A stretch of DNA of 64,000 bases from Erysipelotrichaceae bacterium (GTDB lineage: Bacteria > Bacillota_I > Bacilli_A > Erysipelotrichales > Erysipelotrichaceae). The stretch lies in assembly GCA_017512885.1 (NCBI GenBank), contig JAFWEP010000035.1, forward strand, positions 5,606 to 69,605, in the 5' to 3' direction. The position numbers and the translations under genes were made by a program. The notes beneath the pieces are model-generated. The model worked only from the letters and a program-made list of their open reading frames with translations, was not told where the DNA came from and made no database searches. Positions within the stretch are counted from its first letter, which is position 1. Every line of letters starts with the position of its first letter. This document shows positions 48,254 through 57,084 of the stretch, one piece after another.

Positions 48254-49606
48254 CTATACGGCCTGTGCAAATGCCTTCTTATAGGCTTTCATGATCAGCG
48301 GCAGGAAGATCGCCACGACCAGCACTTCCGCGATCGGATAGGAGAACCACACGGCTTCCAGACCGATATTGGCCAGGATGTAGGCAGCCGGGATCAGGAA
48401 CCCGATCTGCCGCAGGACGGACAGGGTCATACTCATCACACCCTTGCCGAAGCTCTGGTACATCGTCGAGAAGACGATGGAACAGGCAGCCGGAACGAAG
48501 GAGAGGGATACGATGCGCAGGGTGACCCGGGAGATCGCCTTCAGGGAATCCGTCATCGTGAAGAAGGACAGGATCAGATCCGGGGCGAAGTTGAACAGCA
48601 GGGTGCCGGCGATCATGATCGCGACTGCTGTCGTGATATAGATGCGCACCGTATTCTTATAGCGTTCCGCATTGCGGGCGCCGTAGTTATAGGAGAGGAT
48701 CGGCAGTGCGCCCTGGTTGAAGCCGAAGACCGGCATGAAGACGAAGCTCTGCAGCTTGAAGTAGATGCTGAGGCTGGTGACTGCTTCTTCCGAGAAACGG
48801 ACCAGGATGTTGTTCATCAGGGTGGTGGTGAAGGAACCGATCATGTTCATGATGGCGGTCGGCAGACCGACGGAATAGATCGCCTTCAGCCGTTCCTTCT
48901 CAAAGAGATCCATGCCGCGGAACTTCAGTTTCACTTCGTGTTTGCCCAGTAAGGCTACCGCTGTGATGAAGATGCCGGAGAGGATCTGACCGCCGACCGT
49001 TGCGACCGCAGCTCCGACGACGCCCATCTCAGGCATGCCGAAACGGCCGAAGATGAAGACCGGATCCAGTACGATGTTGGTGACCGCACCCAAGAGCTGA
49101 GCAAACATCGGGAAGAGCATATTGCCCTGGGCCTGCAGCATGCGTTCAAAGAGCAGGGAATAGAAGAAACCGAAGGAGACGCCCATGCAGATGAGCAGAT
49201 ACTGGTAGCCCAGTTCCACGATCTCCGCACGCTGCGTAAAGATCCGTAAGAACGGTTTTGATACGAAGATCCCTAAGAAGACCACGATCAGCATATGCAG
49301 GAAGGCCAGGATGACACCGGTCGAAGCAGTGGCATTCGCTTCTTCGCGGCGCTGTTCGCCCAGCCGGCGGGAGACCAGGGTGGAGACACCGACGGCCGTA
49401 CCCATGGCGATCGAGAAACCGATCATCTGGAACGGGGAAGCCAAACCGATCGCAAACATGCCGTCCTGCGAATACTGAGAGATATAGATGGAATCGACGA
49501 CGTTGTACATCGCCTGGATCAGCATCGAGAACACAGCCGGGATGCCCATTGAGAATAACAGTCTGCCTACCGGCCAGTTGGCCATTTTATCTGATTTACG
49601 ACTCAT
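48254..49606 (-). CDS. MATE-family efflux transporter
   Basis: Start taken at MSRKSDKMANWPVGRLLFSMGIPAVFSMLIQAMYNVVDSIYI. 12 TM helices. Confidence 0.85.
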   Translation of the reverse strand: MSRKSDKMANWPVGRLLFSMGIPAVFSMLIQAMYNVVDSIYISQYSQDGMFAIGLASPFQMIGFSIAMGTAVGVSTLVSRRLGEQRREEANATASTGVILAFLHMLIVVFLGIFVSKPFLRIFTQRAEIVELGYQYLLICMGVSFGFFYSLLFERMLQAQGNMLFPMFAQLLGAVTNIVLDPVFIFGRFGMPEMGVVGAAVATVGGQILSGIFITAVALLGKHEVKLKFRGMDLFEKERLKAIYSVGLPTAIMNMIGSFTTTLMNNILVRFSEEAVTSLSIYFKLQSFVFMPVFGFNQGALPILSYNYGARNAERYKNTVRIYITTAVAIMIAGTLLFNFAPDLILSFFTMTDSLKAISRVTLRIVSLSFVPAACSIVFSTMYQSFGKGVMSMTLSVLRQIGFLIPAAYILANIGLEAVWFSYPIAEVLVVAIFLPLIMKAYKKAFAQAV

Positions 49607-49612
49607 GCGTCG

Positions 49613-49700
49613 ATTATAGCACATCCTCTTTCCTATATATAGGGCGAATTTCACAAATCGCTGCGCTCTTTTGGCTATTTCCGCAAAGCTCCGTTATACT
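49613..49700. promoter_or_regulatory. Back-to-back -10 boxes, each exactly 6 nt from a divergent ATG (candidate leaderless promoters)
   Basis: Minus strand TGcTATAAT (49618-49613), then CGACGC, then ATG 49606. Plus strand TATACT (49695-49700), then GGAATC, then ATG 49707. Neither has an SD. Confidence 0.45.
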
Positions 49701-49706
49701 GGAATC

Positions 49707-50318
49707 ATGAAGATCGCCGAAGAATGTTTTGCGGAATACATCGTGGAGCGCTCCCGTTTCCTCTGCACCGTTTTCCCCTGCGAGAGCGAAGAGGCTTTCA
49801 AGGAGAGACTGCAGGAACTGAAAGCCGCCGACCACGATGCCACCCATGCCTGCTACGCCTGGTGCATCGGCGGACGCAGCCGCAGCAACGATGACGGGGA
49901 ACCGGCCGGTACGGCCGGGATGCCGATCCTGGCAGTCCTGCAGCGCAAGGGCCTGGAAGACTGTGCAGCGGTCGTGATCCGCTATTTCGGCGGCATCAAA
50001 CTGGGCAAGGGCGGCCTCTTCCGGGCTTACGGCAAGGCAGTCGAAGAAGCGCTGGCCTCTGCCGTCTATGAGGAAGAAGTCGAGATGGAGCGCTACCAGC
50101 TGGTGCTTCCCTATGATCAGGCCGAGAAGGTACGTTTCCTGCTGGAGAAGGAAGCAGTCGATCCGTCCACGGAATACGGGGAGCAGGTGATCTACCGTTT
50201 CTGCTGCGAAGATGGCGCGCTTTTAAAGAAACTGGCAGCTCTGACCAAGGGGGCACAGCCTGTCTCGCTGGGAAAAGAAATGCGGAAACGGAAGATAGGA
50301 GGTATAATGGAATCATGA
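49707..50318 (+). CDS. YigZ/IMPACT-family protein
   Basis: Start at MKIAEECFAEYIVERSRFL. Also has ATHACYAW, DDGEPAGTAGMPIL and RYFGGIKLGKGGL. Confidence 0.8.
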   Translation: MKIAEECFAEYIVERSRFLCTVFPCESEEAFKERLQELKAADHDATHACYAWCIGGRSRSNDDGEPAGTAGMPILAVLQRKGLEDCAAVVIRYFGGIKLGKGGLFRAYGKAVEEALASAVYEEEVEMERYQLVLPYDQAEKVRFLLEKEAVDPSTEYGEQVIYRFCCEDGALLKKLAALTKGAQPVSLGKEMRKRKIGGIMES

Positions 50319-50698
50319 ATACGGTGATCGCTTCTCTGCAGTCTGTCAATCAGTATGCGAAATACGCCTATCTGCTGGTCATCCTGATCCTGCTGGCTTT
50401 CGTGATCGCTCTTCTGGTCACGCTGGCGAAAACGCTCAAAGGCCTGCAGCCGGAGCTGGAACAGATCAACGGCATCAGCCAGCGGGCAACAGCCGTCAGC
50501 GAAGGCTACAGCGACCTCTTCAATAAGACGAAGAAGAGCGTCGGTTCCCTGATCAAGGTCGGTTCCGTGCTCCTGTTTGCGAAATACGTCCTGGAGGACT
50601 ACCGCCGGAGCGAGAAACGCTCGCTGAGCGTCTCCGTCAACCGGGCGATGAAGGATACCCGCTATCTCAACAGTTTCAAAGGCAAAAAGAAGAAGTGA
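50315..50698 (+). CDS. Hypothetical single-pass membrane protein
   Basis: 127 aa with an ATGA overlap to yigZ, one TM helix and a basic C-terminus. Confidence 0.5.
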   Translation: MNTVIASLQSVNQYAKYAYLLVILILLAFVIALLVTLAKTLKGLQPELEQINGISQRATAVSEGYSDLFNKTKKSVGSLIKVGSVLLFAKYVLEDYRRSEKRSLSVSVNRAMKDTRYLNSFKGKKKK

Positions 50699-50720
50699 CG
50701 GCTGTCACTTCTTTTCGTAC

Positions 50721-50742
50721 AGGCACGATGTGCCTTTTTTTT
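50721..50742 (+). terminator. Intrinsic terminator
   Basis: AGGCAC-GAT-GTGCCT-TTTTTTTT. It overlaps the ridA stop on the other strand. Confidence 0.75.
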
Positions 50743-51118
50743 AATCCTTTACGGCGATCGCTTCGATCTCGAAGAGCGCACCGGCCGGCAGCGCGGCGAC
50801 CTGGTAGCAGGAGCGTCCGGGATAGGGTTCCGGGAAGTATTCCGCATAGATCGCATTGATGGCCGTGAAATCGGCGATGTCCTTGAGGAAGACCGTCGTC
50901 TTCAGGACACTGGCCAGCGAGGAGCCGCCTTCTTCCAGGACGGCTTTGAGGTTCCGGATGGCCTGGTGGGCCTGCGCTTCGACGCCTTCCGGGACTTTGC
51001 CGGTCAGCGGATCGATCGGCAGCTGACCGGAAGTGAAGATCAGATCTCCGCAGACAGTTGCCTGGGAGTAAGGCCCTACGGCCTTGGGAGCGTTGCCGGT
51101 GGCGATGATCGTTTTCAT
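50741..51118 (-). CDS. ridA: RidA/YjgF-family reactive-intermediate deaminase
   Basis: Start at MKTIIATGNAPKAVGPYSQA behind GGAGGAG. It ends ...EIEAIAV. Confidence 0.9.
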   Translation of the reverse strand: MKTIIATGNAPKAVGPYSQATVCGDLIFTSGQLPIDPLTGKVPEGVEAQAHQAIRNLKAVLEEGGSSLASVLKTTVFLKDIADFTAINAIYAEYFPEPYPGRSCYQVAALPAGALFEIEAIAVKD

Positions 51119-51318
51119 TCTGTCTCCTCCGCTTTCTCTACCATCTTCTTGCATTTGCGTTCGAAATCCCGTCTCTCCATCATGACCACGGCTCCGCAGC
51201 CCTGACATTTGATCTTGATGTCGGCCCCGACCCGGATGATCTTCCAGGTCTTTGCCTTGTGACAGGGATGTTCCTTCTTCATCTCTACGATATCATTCAG
51301 TCCGTATTCACTGATCAT
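51115..51318 (-). CDS. DUF951-family small protein
   Basis: 67 aa: DIVEMKKEHPCH...WKIIRVGADIKIKCQGCG..V. Confidence 0.7.
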   Translation of the reverse strand: MISEYGLNDIVEMKKEHPCHKAKTWKIIRVGADIKIKCQGCGAVVMMERRDFERKCKKMVEKAEETE

Positions 51319-52153
51319 AGCCTTCCCTCCAGCAATAAGCCTGCCAGGTATTGCGCAGCAGCCGGGCGATGGTCATCGGACCGGTGCCCTTGGGCATCGG
51401 GGTGATCCCGGCGCAGAGCTCTTTGATGTTGTCGAAGTCGAGGTCGCCGCAGATCTTTCCGTCGACCCGGGAGATCCCGACATCGACCGCATAGACCCCT
51501 TCCTTGATGTAGTCTTTCGTAAACATGCGGGCCTTGCCGACCGCCGTGACCAGGATATCGGCCTGCCGGCAGACAGCCGGCAGATCCTGCGTACGGGAGT
51601 GGCAGACCGTCACCGTGCAGTTCTTCTTCAGCAGCAGATGGATCAGAGGCAGTCCGACCAGACGGGTGCGGCCGACGATGACCGCATGTTTGCCGGAGAA
51701 ATCGCAGCCCATCTCTTCCAGAAGATCGATGACTCCCAGCGGAGTGCAGGGCACATGCCCGGAAAGACCGTTGGCCAGCCTTCCGGCATTGATGCTGGTG
51801 AGGCCGTCGACGTCCTTCTCCGCTGCGATCTTATCGATCAGTTTATCCTTGTCGAGGCCTTTGGGCAGCGGCAGCTGCAGCAGGATCCCGTCGACTGCAG
51901 GATCTTCGTTCAGTCTTTCGATCAGTCCGGCAACTTCCACTTCCCGGCTCTCCGCCGGCAGCAGGAAGGTCTCCGCCTCAATGCCGACTTTATGACAGGC
52001 CTTCTCCTTGGAGCGGACATAGATCTGCGAAGCCGGGTCTTCCCCGACCAGGATCACCGCCAGTCTGGGCTTTCTGCCCGTCAGCGCAGCGACTTTCGCT
52101 GCCAGTTCCTGATTCATCCTTTCGGACAGTTCACTGCCGTAAACGATATTCAT
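51308..52153 (-). CDS. folD: Bifunctional methylenetetrahydrofolate dehydrogenase/cyclohydrolase
   Basis: Start reset to MNIVYGSEL. Also has LAVILVGEDPASQIYVRSK, DGILLQLPLP and TPMPKGTGPMTIA. Confidence 0.92.
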   Translation of the reverse strand: MNIVYGSELSERMNQELAAKVAALTGRKPRLAVILVGEDPASQIYVRSKEKACHKVGIEAETFLLPAESREVEVAGLIERLNEDPAVDGILLQLPLPKGLDKDKLIDKIAAEKDVDGLTSINAGRLANGLSGHVPCTPLGVIDLLEEMGCDFSGKHAVIVGRTRLVGLPLIHLLLKKNCTVTVCHSRTQDLPAVCRQADILVTAVGKARMFTKDYIKEGVYAVDVGISRVDGKICGDLDFDNIKELCAGITPMPKGTGPMTIARLLRNTWQAYCWREGYDQ

Positions 52154-52154
52154 T

Positions 52155-52598
52155 TTAAGCCTCCTCTTCCAGCAGGATCGTGACCGGACCGTCATTGACC
52201 AGAGCGATCTTCATATCGGCGCCGAAGATCCCGGTCTCTGTCCGCAGTCCTTCCTGCCTCAGACAGTCATTAAAATATTCGTAGTATTCCTTTGCCTGTT
52301 CTCCCTTCATGGCCCTCACGAAACTGGGCCGGTTGCCCTTGCGGGCATCCCCGTAAAGGGTGAACTGGGAGATCGAGAGGATCGCTCCTCCGACCGCAAA
52401 GATATCCCTGTTCAGTTTCTGCTGCTCATCTTCGAAGATGCGCAGATGTGCGACTTTATATGCCTGATGGGCAATGATCTCTTTCGTATCGCGCTCTTCG
52501 ATGCCGACCAGCAGGAGATAGCCCTTTCCGATCTCTCCGGTGATCTTTCCCTCCACGCTGCAGGAAGCCGAAGAGACCCTTTGTACAACGATCCTCAT
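52155..52598 (-). CDS. dtd: D-aminoacyl-tRNA deacylase
   Basis: MRIVVQRVSSASCSVEGK...SQFTLYGDARKGNRPSF...NDGPVTILL. Confidence 0.92.
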   Translation of the reverse strand: MRIVVQRVSSASCSVEGKITGEIGKGYLLLVGIEERDTKEIIAHQAYKVAHLRIFEDEQQKLNRDIFAVGGAILSISQFTLYGDARKGNRPSFVRAMKGEQAKEYYEYFNDCLRQEGLRTETGIFGADMKIALVNDGPVTILLEEEA

Positions 52599-54028
52599 TT
52601 CCGGCTGAGCTCCGGCTCCTTACGGAGCTTGCTGGCCTGTTCGAAGGCATAGCCGTAGGAGAGCAGCTCTCCGTCGCTGAAGGCGGTGCCGACGAAGGAG
52701 ATGCCCATCGGACGTCCGTCGGCAGCGATGCCGGCCGGTACATTCAGGATCGGATAGCCGCAGGTCGGAGCCAGTGCGGTCGGACCCGGACAGACCAGCA
52801 CATCGAGATCCTTCTCTTTCAGCAGATCGTCGATGCCGTGGCTGCAGGCCGCCAGAAGACGGATCTTCTCCTTCAGGTAATCCGGTTCGGTCATGGTGCC
52901 GGAAGTCTTCGCACAGTCTTCCAGGATGTCCTGACCGTAACGGATCGCCGTTTCTTTGTGGGCGTTGTTGTAGTCGACGATATCCTGCAGGGTGCGGATA
53001 TCGGCCAGAGAGCAGTATTTGGCGAGCCAATGATCCATGTAGCACTTGAACTCATAGCGTAAGACCATGTCGCTGAGGAAGCCTGACGGCGGGAAGACGT
53101 CCGGCAGATCACAGTCTTCGACCAGCGTCGCTCCGGCTTTCTCGAGATAGGGCAGAGCTGCTTCATAGACTGCCAGCTGTTCTGCAGAATACCAGGGCCG
53201 TGCCTTGCGGCTGATGCCGACCCGCTTCCCTTTCAGGGCGTCTTTCTTCAGATAGGGCCAGTATTCCCCGGGAACGACTTCTTCCGTTGCCAGGGTCGCC
53301 GGATCTTCCGGATCGGGACCGACCATCCCCGCATAGAGCAGGGCTACATCTTCCACGCTCCTTCCCATCGGACCGGCCGTATCCTGCGAGTTGATGGGGA
53401 TGATGCCGGAACGGCTGACGGCGCCGATCGTCGGTTTCAGACCGACGATGCCGTTGGCGCTGGACGGCGAGATGATCGAACCGGAAGTCTCGGTACCGAC
53501 GGCTGCCGCACAGAAGCTCATCGCAGCCGCTACCGCCGAACCGGTCGAGGATCCTAAAGGATCCAGTTCTTCCCCATAGGGATTCTTGCACTGTCCGCCC
53601 CGGGCGGAATAGCCGTTGGGGATCTCCGTGGCCATATAGCGGGCAAACTCGGAGAGATTGGCCTTGCCCAGGATCACAGCGCCGGCATTGCGCAGGTATT
53701 CGATCACTTTGGCATCTCTCAGAGAGAAATTGTCTTTCAGAGACTCCGCTCCGGCTGAAGTATGCAGCCGGTCAGCGGTCGAGATATTGTCCTTGACCAG
53801 GAGCGGGATCCCGTGCAGAGGACCTCTTCCCTTCCCGTTCGTTCTTTCCCGGTCCAGGGAACGGGCGATGAACAGGGCATCAGGATTGATCTCCAGGACG
53901 GAGTGCAGCTGCGGATCCAGCCGGGCGATACGTTCCATATAGGCCAGTACCAGTTCTTCAGAAGTCGTTTCCTTATTCTCCATTGCCGTCTGCAGTTCAC
54001 GCAGGCTCTTTTCACATACATCAAACAT
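52595..54028 (-). CDS. Amidase-signature family amidase
   Basis: Start at MFDVCEKSL behind AAGGGGG. Also has GPLHGIPLLVKDNI and the GGSSTGSAVAAA-type signature (LGSSTGSAVAAAMS). Confidence 0.85.
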   Translation of the reverse strand: MFDVCEKSLRELQTAMENKETTSEELVLAYMERIARLDPQLHSVLEINPDALFIARSLDRERTNGKGRGPLHGIPLLVKDNISTADRLHTSAGAESLKDNFSLRDAKVIEYLRNAGAVILGKANLSEFARYMATEIPNGYSARGGQCKNPYGEELDPLGSSTGSAVAAAMSFCAAAVGTETSGSIISPSSANGIVGLKPTIGAVSRSGIIPINSQDTAGPMGRSVEDVALLYAGMVGPDPEDPATLATEEVVPGEYWPYLKKDALKGKRVGISRKARPWYSAEQLAVYEAALPYLEKAGATLVEDCDLPDVFPPSGFLSDMVLRYEFKCYMDHWLAKYCSLADIRTLQDIVDYNNAHKETAIRYGQDILEDCAKTSGTMTEPDYLKEKIRLLAACSHGIDDLLKEKDLDVLVCPGPTALAPTCGYPILNVPAGIAADGRPMGISFVGTAFSDGELLSYGYAFEQASKLRKEPELSRK

Positions 54029-54126
54029 ATACAGATCCCCCTTTCTGTCATTATACCCTATCGGGAAAGGTATCTCTTCGGTTTTGCGCGGAACGTAGTA
54101 TGATAGATACAAACGGAGGAAGTGTT

Positions 54127-55083
54127 ATGCGTTCATCCCTGATCGGCACCTGCCGTACCTATATCCATAACCAGGACGTCCTGGCCGAGACGATGCGTTT
54201 CAGTTCGGTCACGACCATCCATGCGGCCGCTCTGCTGCTGGCCCAGGAAAGAAGAGAACTGGACCTCGAACAGATGAAGAAGATCCGGGAGATCTTTACC
54301 GAGGAGACTTCGCTCTTTTCCGCTTTCCGCGGTTCCGCCCAGCTGGTCGCTCTGGCTCTGCTGTCGGGGGTCGATGATCCCCGCACTGCCATTCAGCGGG
54401 CGCAGGAGATCTATTCTCTCTTCAAGGGCTTCTTCTATACCAATTCCTATGCCCCTCTGGCCTGTCTCCTGCTGGTGCCTTATGAGAACCAGGCGGACCT
54501 GCCGGAGATCATGCGTGTAGCCCGGGAGATCTATGACCGCATGGATGAAGTCCATCCCTTCCTGACCGGCGGCAACGACGTCCTGCCCTCTCTGTTGCTG
54601 GCGCTGCGGGGAAGAGATCCGGAGACCGTCTGCGCAGAGATCGAAGAGTGTCTTTCCTATCTCCGTACGGGACGTTTCAGTTCCGAAGGAGAGCAGGGCA
54701 TCGCCGAACTGCTGGCGCTGAGCGATGAGAGCGTCCGCACGAAAGCCGCCAGAGTCCTGCAGCTGCGGAGCCTGCTGCCTGATCCCTTCTGGCGTACGAG
54801 CGAGATGGAGAAATTGCCGCTGGCCCTGCTGGCTGTTCTGAACATGGATCCGCAGGAGATCGCCCGGGATGTCGAAGACTGCGCCGACTGGCTGAAAGGT
54901 CAGCGCCAATACGGGCTCCTGGGAGTCACCAGGTCCTTCCGTTACTTTGAAGCATCGGTCCTGACCGCAGCCGACTGGCTGGGACAGGAAGATACCGGTT
55001 CCTCCTTCTCTTCCGCCGTGGTGACGGCGATCATCTCAGTCATCCAGGCTCAGCAGGCAGCTGCCGCTGCAGCTGCTGCCTAG
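54127..55083 (+). CDS. Hypothetical protein with a Gln/Ala-rich C-terminal tail
   Basis: Start at MRSSLIGTC behind GGAGGA. 318 aa, ending ...IQAQQAAAAAAAA. The family assignment is uncertain. Confidence 0.5.
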   Translation: MRSSLIGTCRTYIHNQDVLAETMRFSSVTTIHAAALLLAQERRELDLEQMKKIREIFTEETSLFSAFRGSAQLVALALLSGVDDPRTAIQRAQEIYSLFKGFFYTNSYAPLACLLLVPYENQADLPEIMRVAREIYDRMDEVHPFLTGGNDVLPSLLLALRGRDPETVCAEIEECLSYLRTGRFSSEGEQGIAELLALSDESVRTKAARVLQLRSLLPDPFWRTSEMEKLPLALLAVLNMDPQEIARDVEDCADWLKGQRQYGLLGVTRSFRYFEASVLTAADWLGQEDTGSSFSSAVVTAIISVIQAQQAAAAAAAA

Positions 55084-55090
55084 CCTATGA

Positions 55091-55110
55091 GCTGCAGAAA
55101 TGCAGCTTTT
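55091..55110 (+). terminator. Intrinsic terminator
   Basis: GCTGCA-GAAA-TGCAGC-TTTTCTTTC. Confidence 0.7.
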
Positions 55111-55118
55111 CTTTCTGC

Positions 55119-55147
55119 TTGACATCCGTTATATACTGTTATACACT
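55119..55147 (+). promoter_or_regulatory. Candidate promoter/operator of the GntR-ABC operon
   Basis: TTGACA (55119-55124), N17, then TACACT (55142-55147). The spacer and -10 carry the tandem ACTGTTATAC / ACTGTTTATG. Confidence 0.5.
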
Positions 55148-55167
55148 GTTTATGCAGGAGGTGATCT

Positions 55168-55539
55168 ATGAACATCGTTGTGAATACTTCTTCGATGATC
55201 CCGATCTATGAACAGATCGTCGATCAGGTCAAGAAGATGATCATCTCCGGAGAACTGCAGGAGAATGATCCTCTGCCTTCCGTAAGGTCACTGGCCAGAG
55301 ATCTGAAGATCAGCGCTCTGACCGTCAAGAAAGCCTACGATCAGCTGGAGGAGGAAGGTCTGACCGCCACGGTCCACGGCAAGGGCAGTTATGTCCGTTC
55401 GGCCGATCCCGGAAAGGTGGCGGAAGAGCGCCGGAAAGAGATCGAAGAGGATCTCTCGGCATTGCTGCAGAAAGCGAACGTTTACGGTGTATCCCCGGAA
55501 GAGATCCGGGAGATGCTGGATATCCTGACGGAGGAATAA
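55168..55539 (+). CDS. GntR-family regulator, YtrA subfamily
   Basis: 123 aa: IYEQIVDQVKKMIISGELQENDPLPSVRSLARDLKISALTVKKAYDQLEEEG. Confidence 0.9.
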   Translation: MNIVVNTSSMIPIYEQIVDQVKKMIISGELQENDPLPSVRSLARDLKISALTVKKAYDQLEEEGLTATVHGKGSYVRSADPGKVAEERRKEIEEDLSALLQKANVYGVSPEEIREMLDILTEE

Positions 55540-55543
55540 AGAA

Positions 55544-56395
55544 ATGCTGAAATGCACGAATATCCGGAAAAGCTATCCGGGGTTCACCCTGGATTGCAGT
55601 TTTACTGTACCTTCCGGCCGGATCAGCGGTCTGATCGGGGCCAACGGAGCCGGAAAGAGTACAGCCTTCAAAGCGATCCTCGGACTGGTCCGCCGGGACA
55701 GCGGGACGCTCTCTCTGTTCGGGGAAGAGAAGGAAGCCCTCAGCGAAGAGGACAAACGCAGGCTGGGAGTGGTACTGGCGGATGCCGGCTACAACCCTTA
55801 CCTGACTGTCGAAGATACGATCCTGATCCAGAAAGCTTTCTACCCTGCTTTCCGGGAGGACTTCTTCCGGCAGAAATGCCAGGAACTGGATCTGCCCCTG
55901 CAGAAACTGATCAAGGACTTTTCGACCGGGATGAAAGCAAAGCTGCGGGTCCTCTGTGCCGTCAGTCATGATGCCGATCTCCTGATCCTGGATGAACCGA
56001 CAGCCGGACTGGATGTCCTGGCCCGGGATCAGATCCTGGACCTGCTGCGCGACTTCATGGCGGAAAAGGAGGAGCGTTCGGTCCTGATCAGTTCGCACAT
56101 CTCAGCCGATCTGGAGACGCTCTGTGATGACTTCTACATGATCGACCGGGGAAAGATCTTCTTCCACGAAGAGACTGACCGGCTGCTGAGCGAATACGGT
56201 ATCCTGAAGGTCACGGAAGAAGAACTGCAGCAGCTCGATCTGCGTTATATCCGCCGCAAGCGTAAAGAGAGCTGGGGCTACAGTCTGCTCTGCGATCAGA
56301 AACGTTACTACTTTGAGAACTGTCCCGGGATCACGATCGAGAAAGCCGGGATCGATGAACTGATCATGATGATGCTGAAGGGGGAGGAAATATGA
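55544..56395 (+). CDS. ABC transporter ATP-binding protein
   Basis: Walker A GANGAGKST, signature-like FSTGMKAKL, Walker B LLILDEPTAGLD. Confidence 0.85.
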   Translation: MLKCTNIRKSYPGFTLDCSFTVPSGRISGLIGANGAGKSTAFKAILGLVRRDSGTLSLFGEEKEALSEEDKRRLGVVLADAGYNPYLTVEDTILIQKAFYPAFREDFFRQKCQELDLPLQKLIKDFSTGMKAKLRVLCAVSHDADLLILDEPTAGLDVLARDQILDLLRDFMAEKEERSVLISSHISADLETLCDDFYMIDRGKIFFHEETDRLLSEYGILKVTEEELQQLDLRYIRRKRKESWGYSLLCDQKRYYFENCPGITIEKAGIDELIMMMLKGEEI

Positions 56396-57039
56396 AAGGG
56401 CTCCTGTTAAAAGATCTTCTTCTGCTGAAGAACCAGAAACGTATCCTGCCGCTGTTCCTCTTCGTACTGATCTGGATGGTCATGCTGGGAAGTGCTTCCT
56501 TTGCGATCCCCTTCTTAAGCATGATGGCGGTCGTTCTCGCCCAGAGCTCCTTTTCCTACGATGAGATCGACCACAGCGATTCCTTCCTCTTTACCCTGCC
56601 TTTCTCCGGAAGGACCTATGTGCTGGAGAAGTATCTCTTCTCCCTGCTCTGCGTGCTGAGCGTTGAAGTGCTGGCAGTCATCCTGATCGCTGTCGGTTCG
56701 TTCTTTGCGCCGCAGTTCTTCTCGCTGCAGGAAGGACTGGAATACGTGATCGCCTTCCTGCCGATCTGCATCCTGCTTACGGCTTTTGCCTTACCGATGC
56801 GCATCCGCTTCACCGGCGAACAAAGTCGCTTCATCTATATGGCGCTTTACGGGGTCATCGCCCTGCTGTTCATCGTCCTGCGAAAGCTCGTTCCGCAGGA
56901 AGCAGCAGAGAAGCTGTTAGCGGCCATCACTTCCGTACCGGTCGTGGTCTACGCAGTCGGGATCCCGCTGCTGATCATACTGCTGCTGTTATTGAGCTAC
57001 CGGCTCTCCTGCCGCTGGCTCAAAGCGAAAGAATACTAA
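56392..57039 (+). CDS. ABC-2-type membrane permease
   Basis: 215 aa with 6 TM helices and an ATGA overlap to the ATPase gene. Confidence 0.6.
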   Translation: MKGLLLKDLLLLKNQKRILPLFLFVLIWMVMLGSASFAIPFLSMMAVVLAQSSFSYDEIDHSDSFLFTLPFSGRTYVLEKYLFSLLCVLSVEVLAVILIAVGSFFAPQFFSLQEGLEYVIAFLPICILLTAFALPMRIRFTGEQSRFIYMALYGVIALLFIVLRKLVPQEAAEKLLAAITSVPVVVYAVGIPLLIILLLLLSYRLSCRWLKAKEY

Positions 57040-57040
57040 G

Positions 57041-57069
57041 AAAACACCCTCTGCCATTGCAGAGGGTGT
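57041..57069. terminator. Shared terminator hairpin between convergent genes
   Basis: An 11-bp stem ACACCCTCTGC / GCAGAGGGTGT. Confidence 0.75.
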
Positions 57070-57084
57070 CATTTCCTATAAGAC

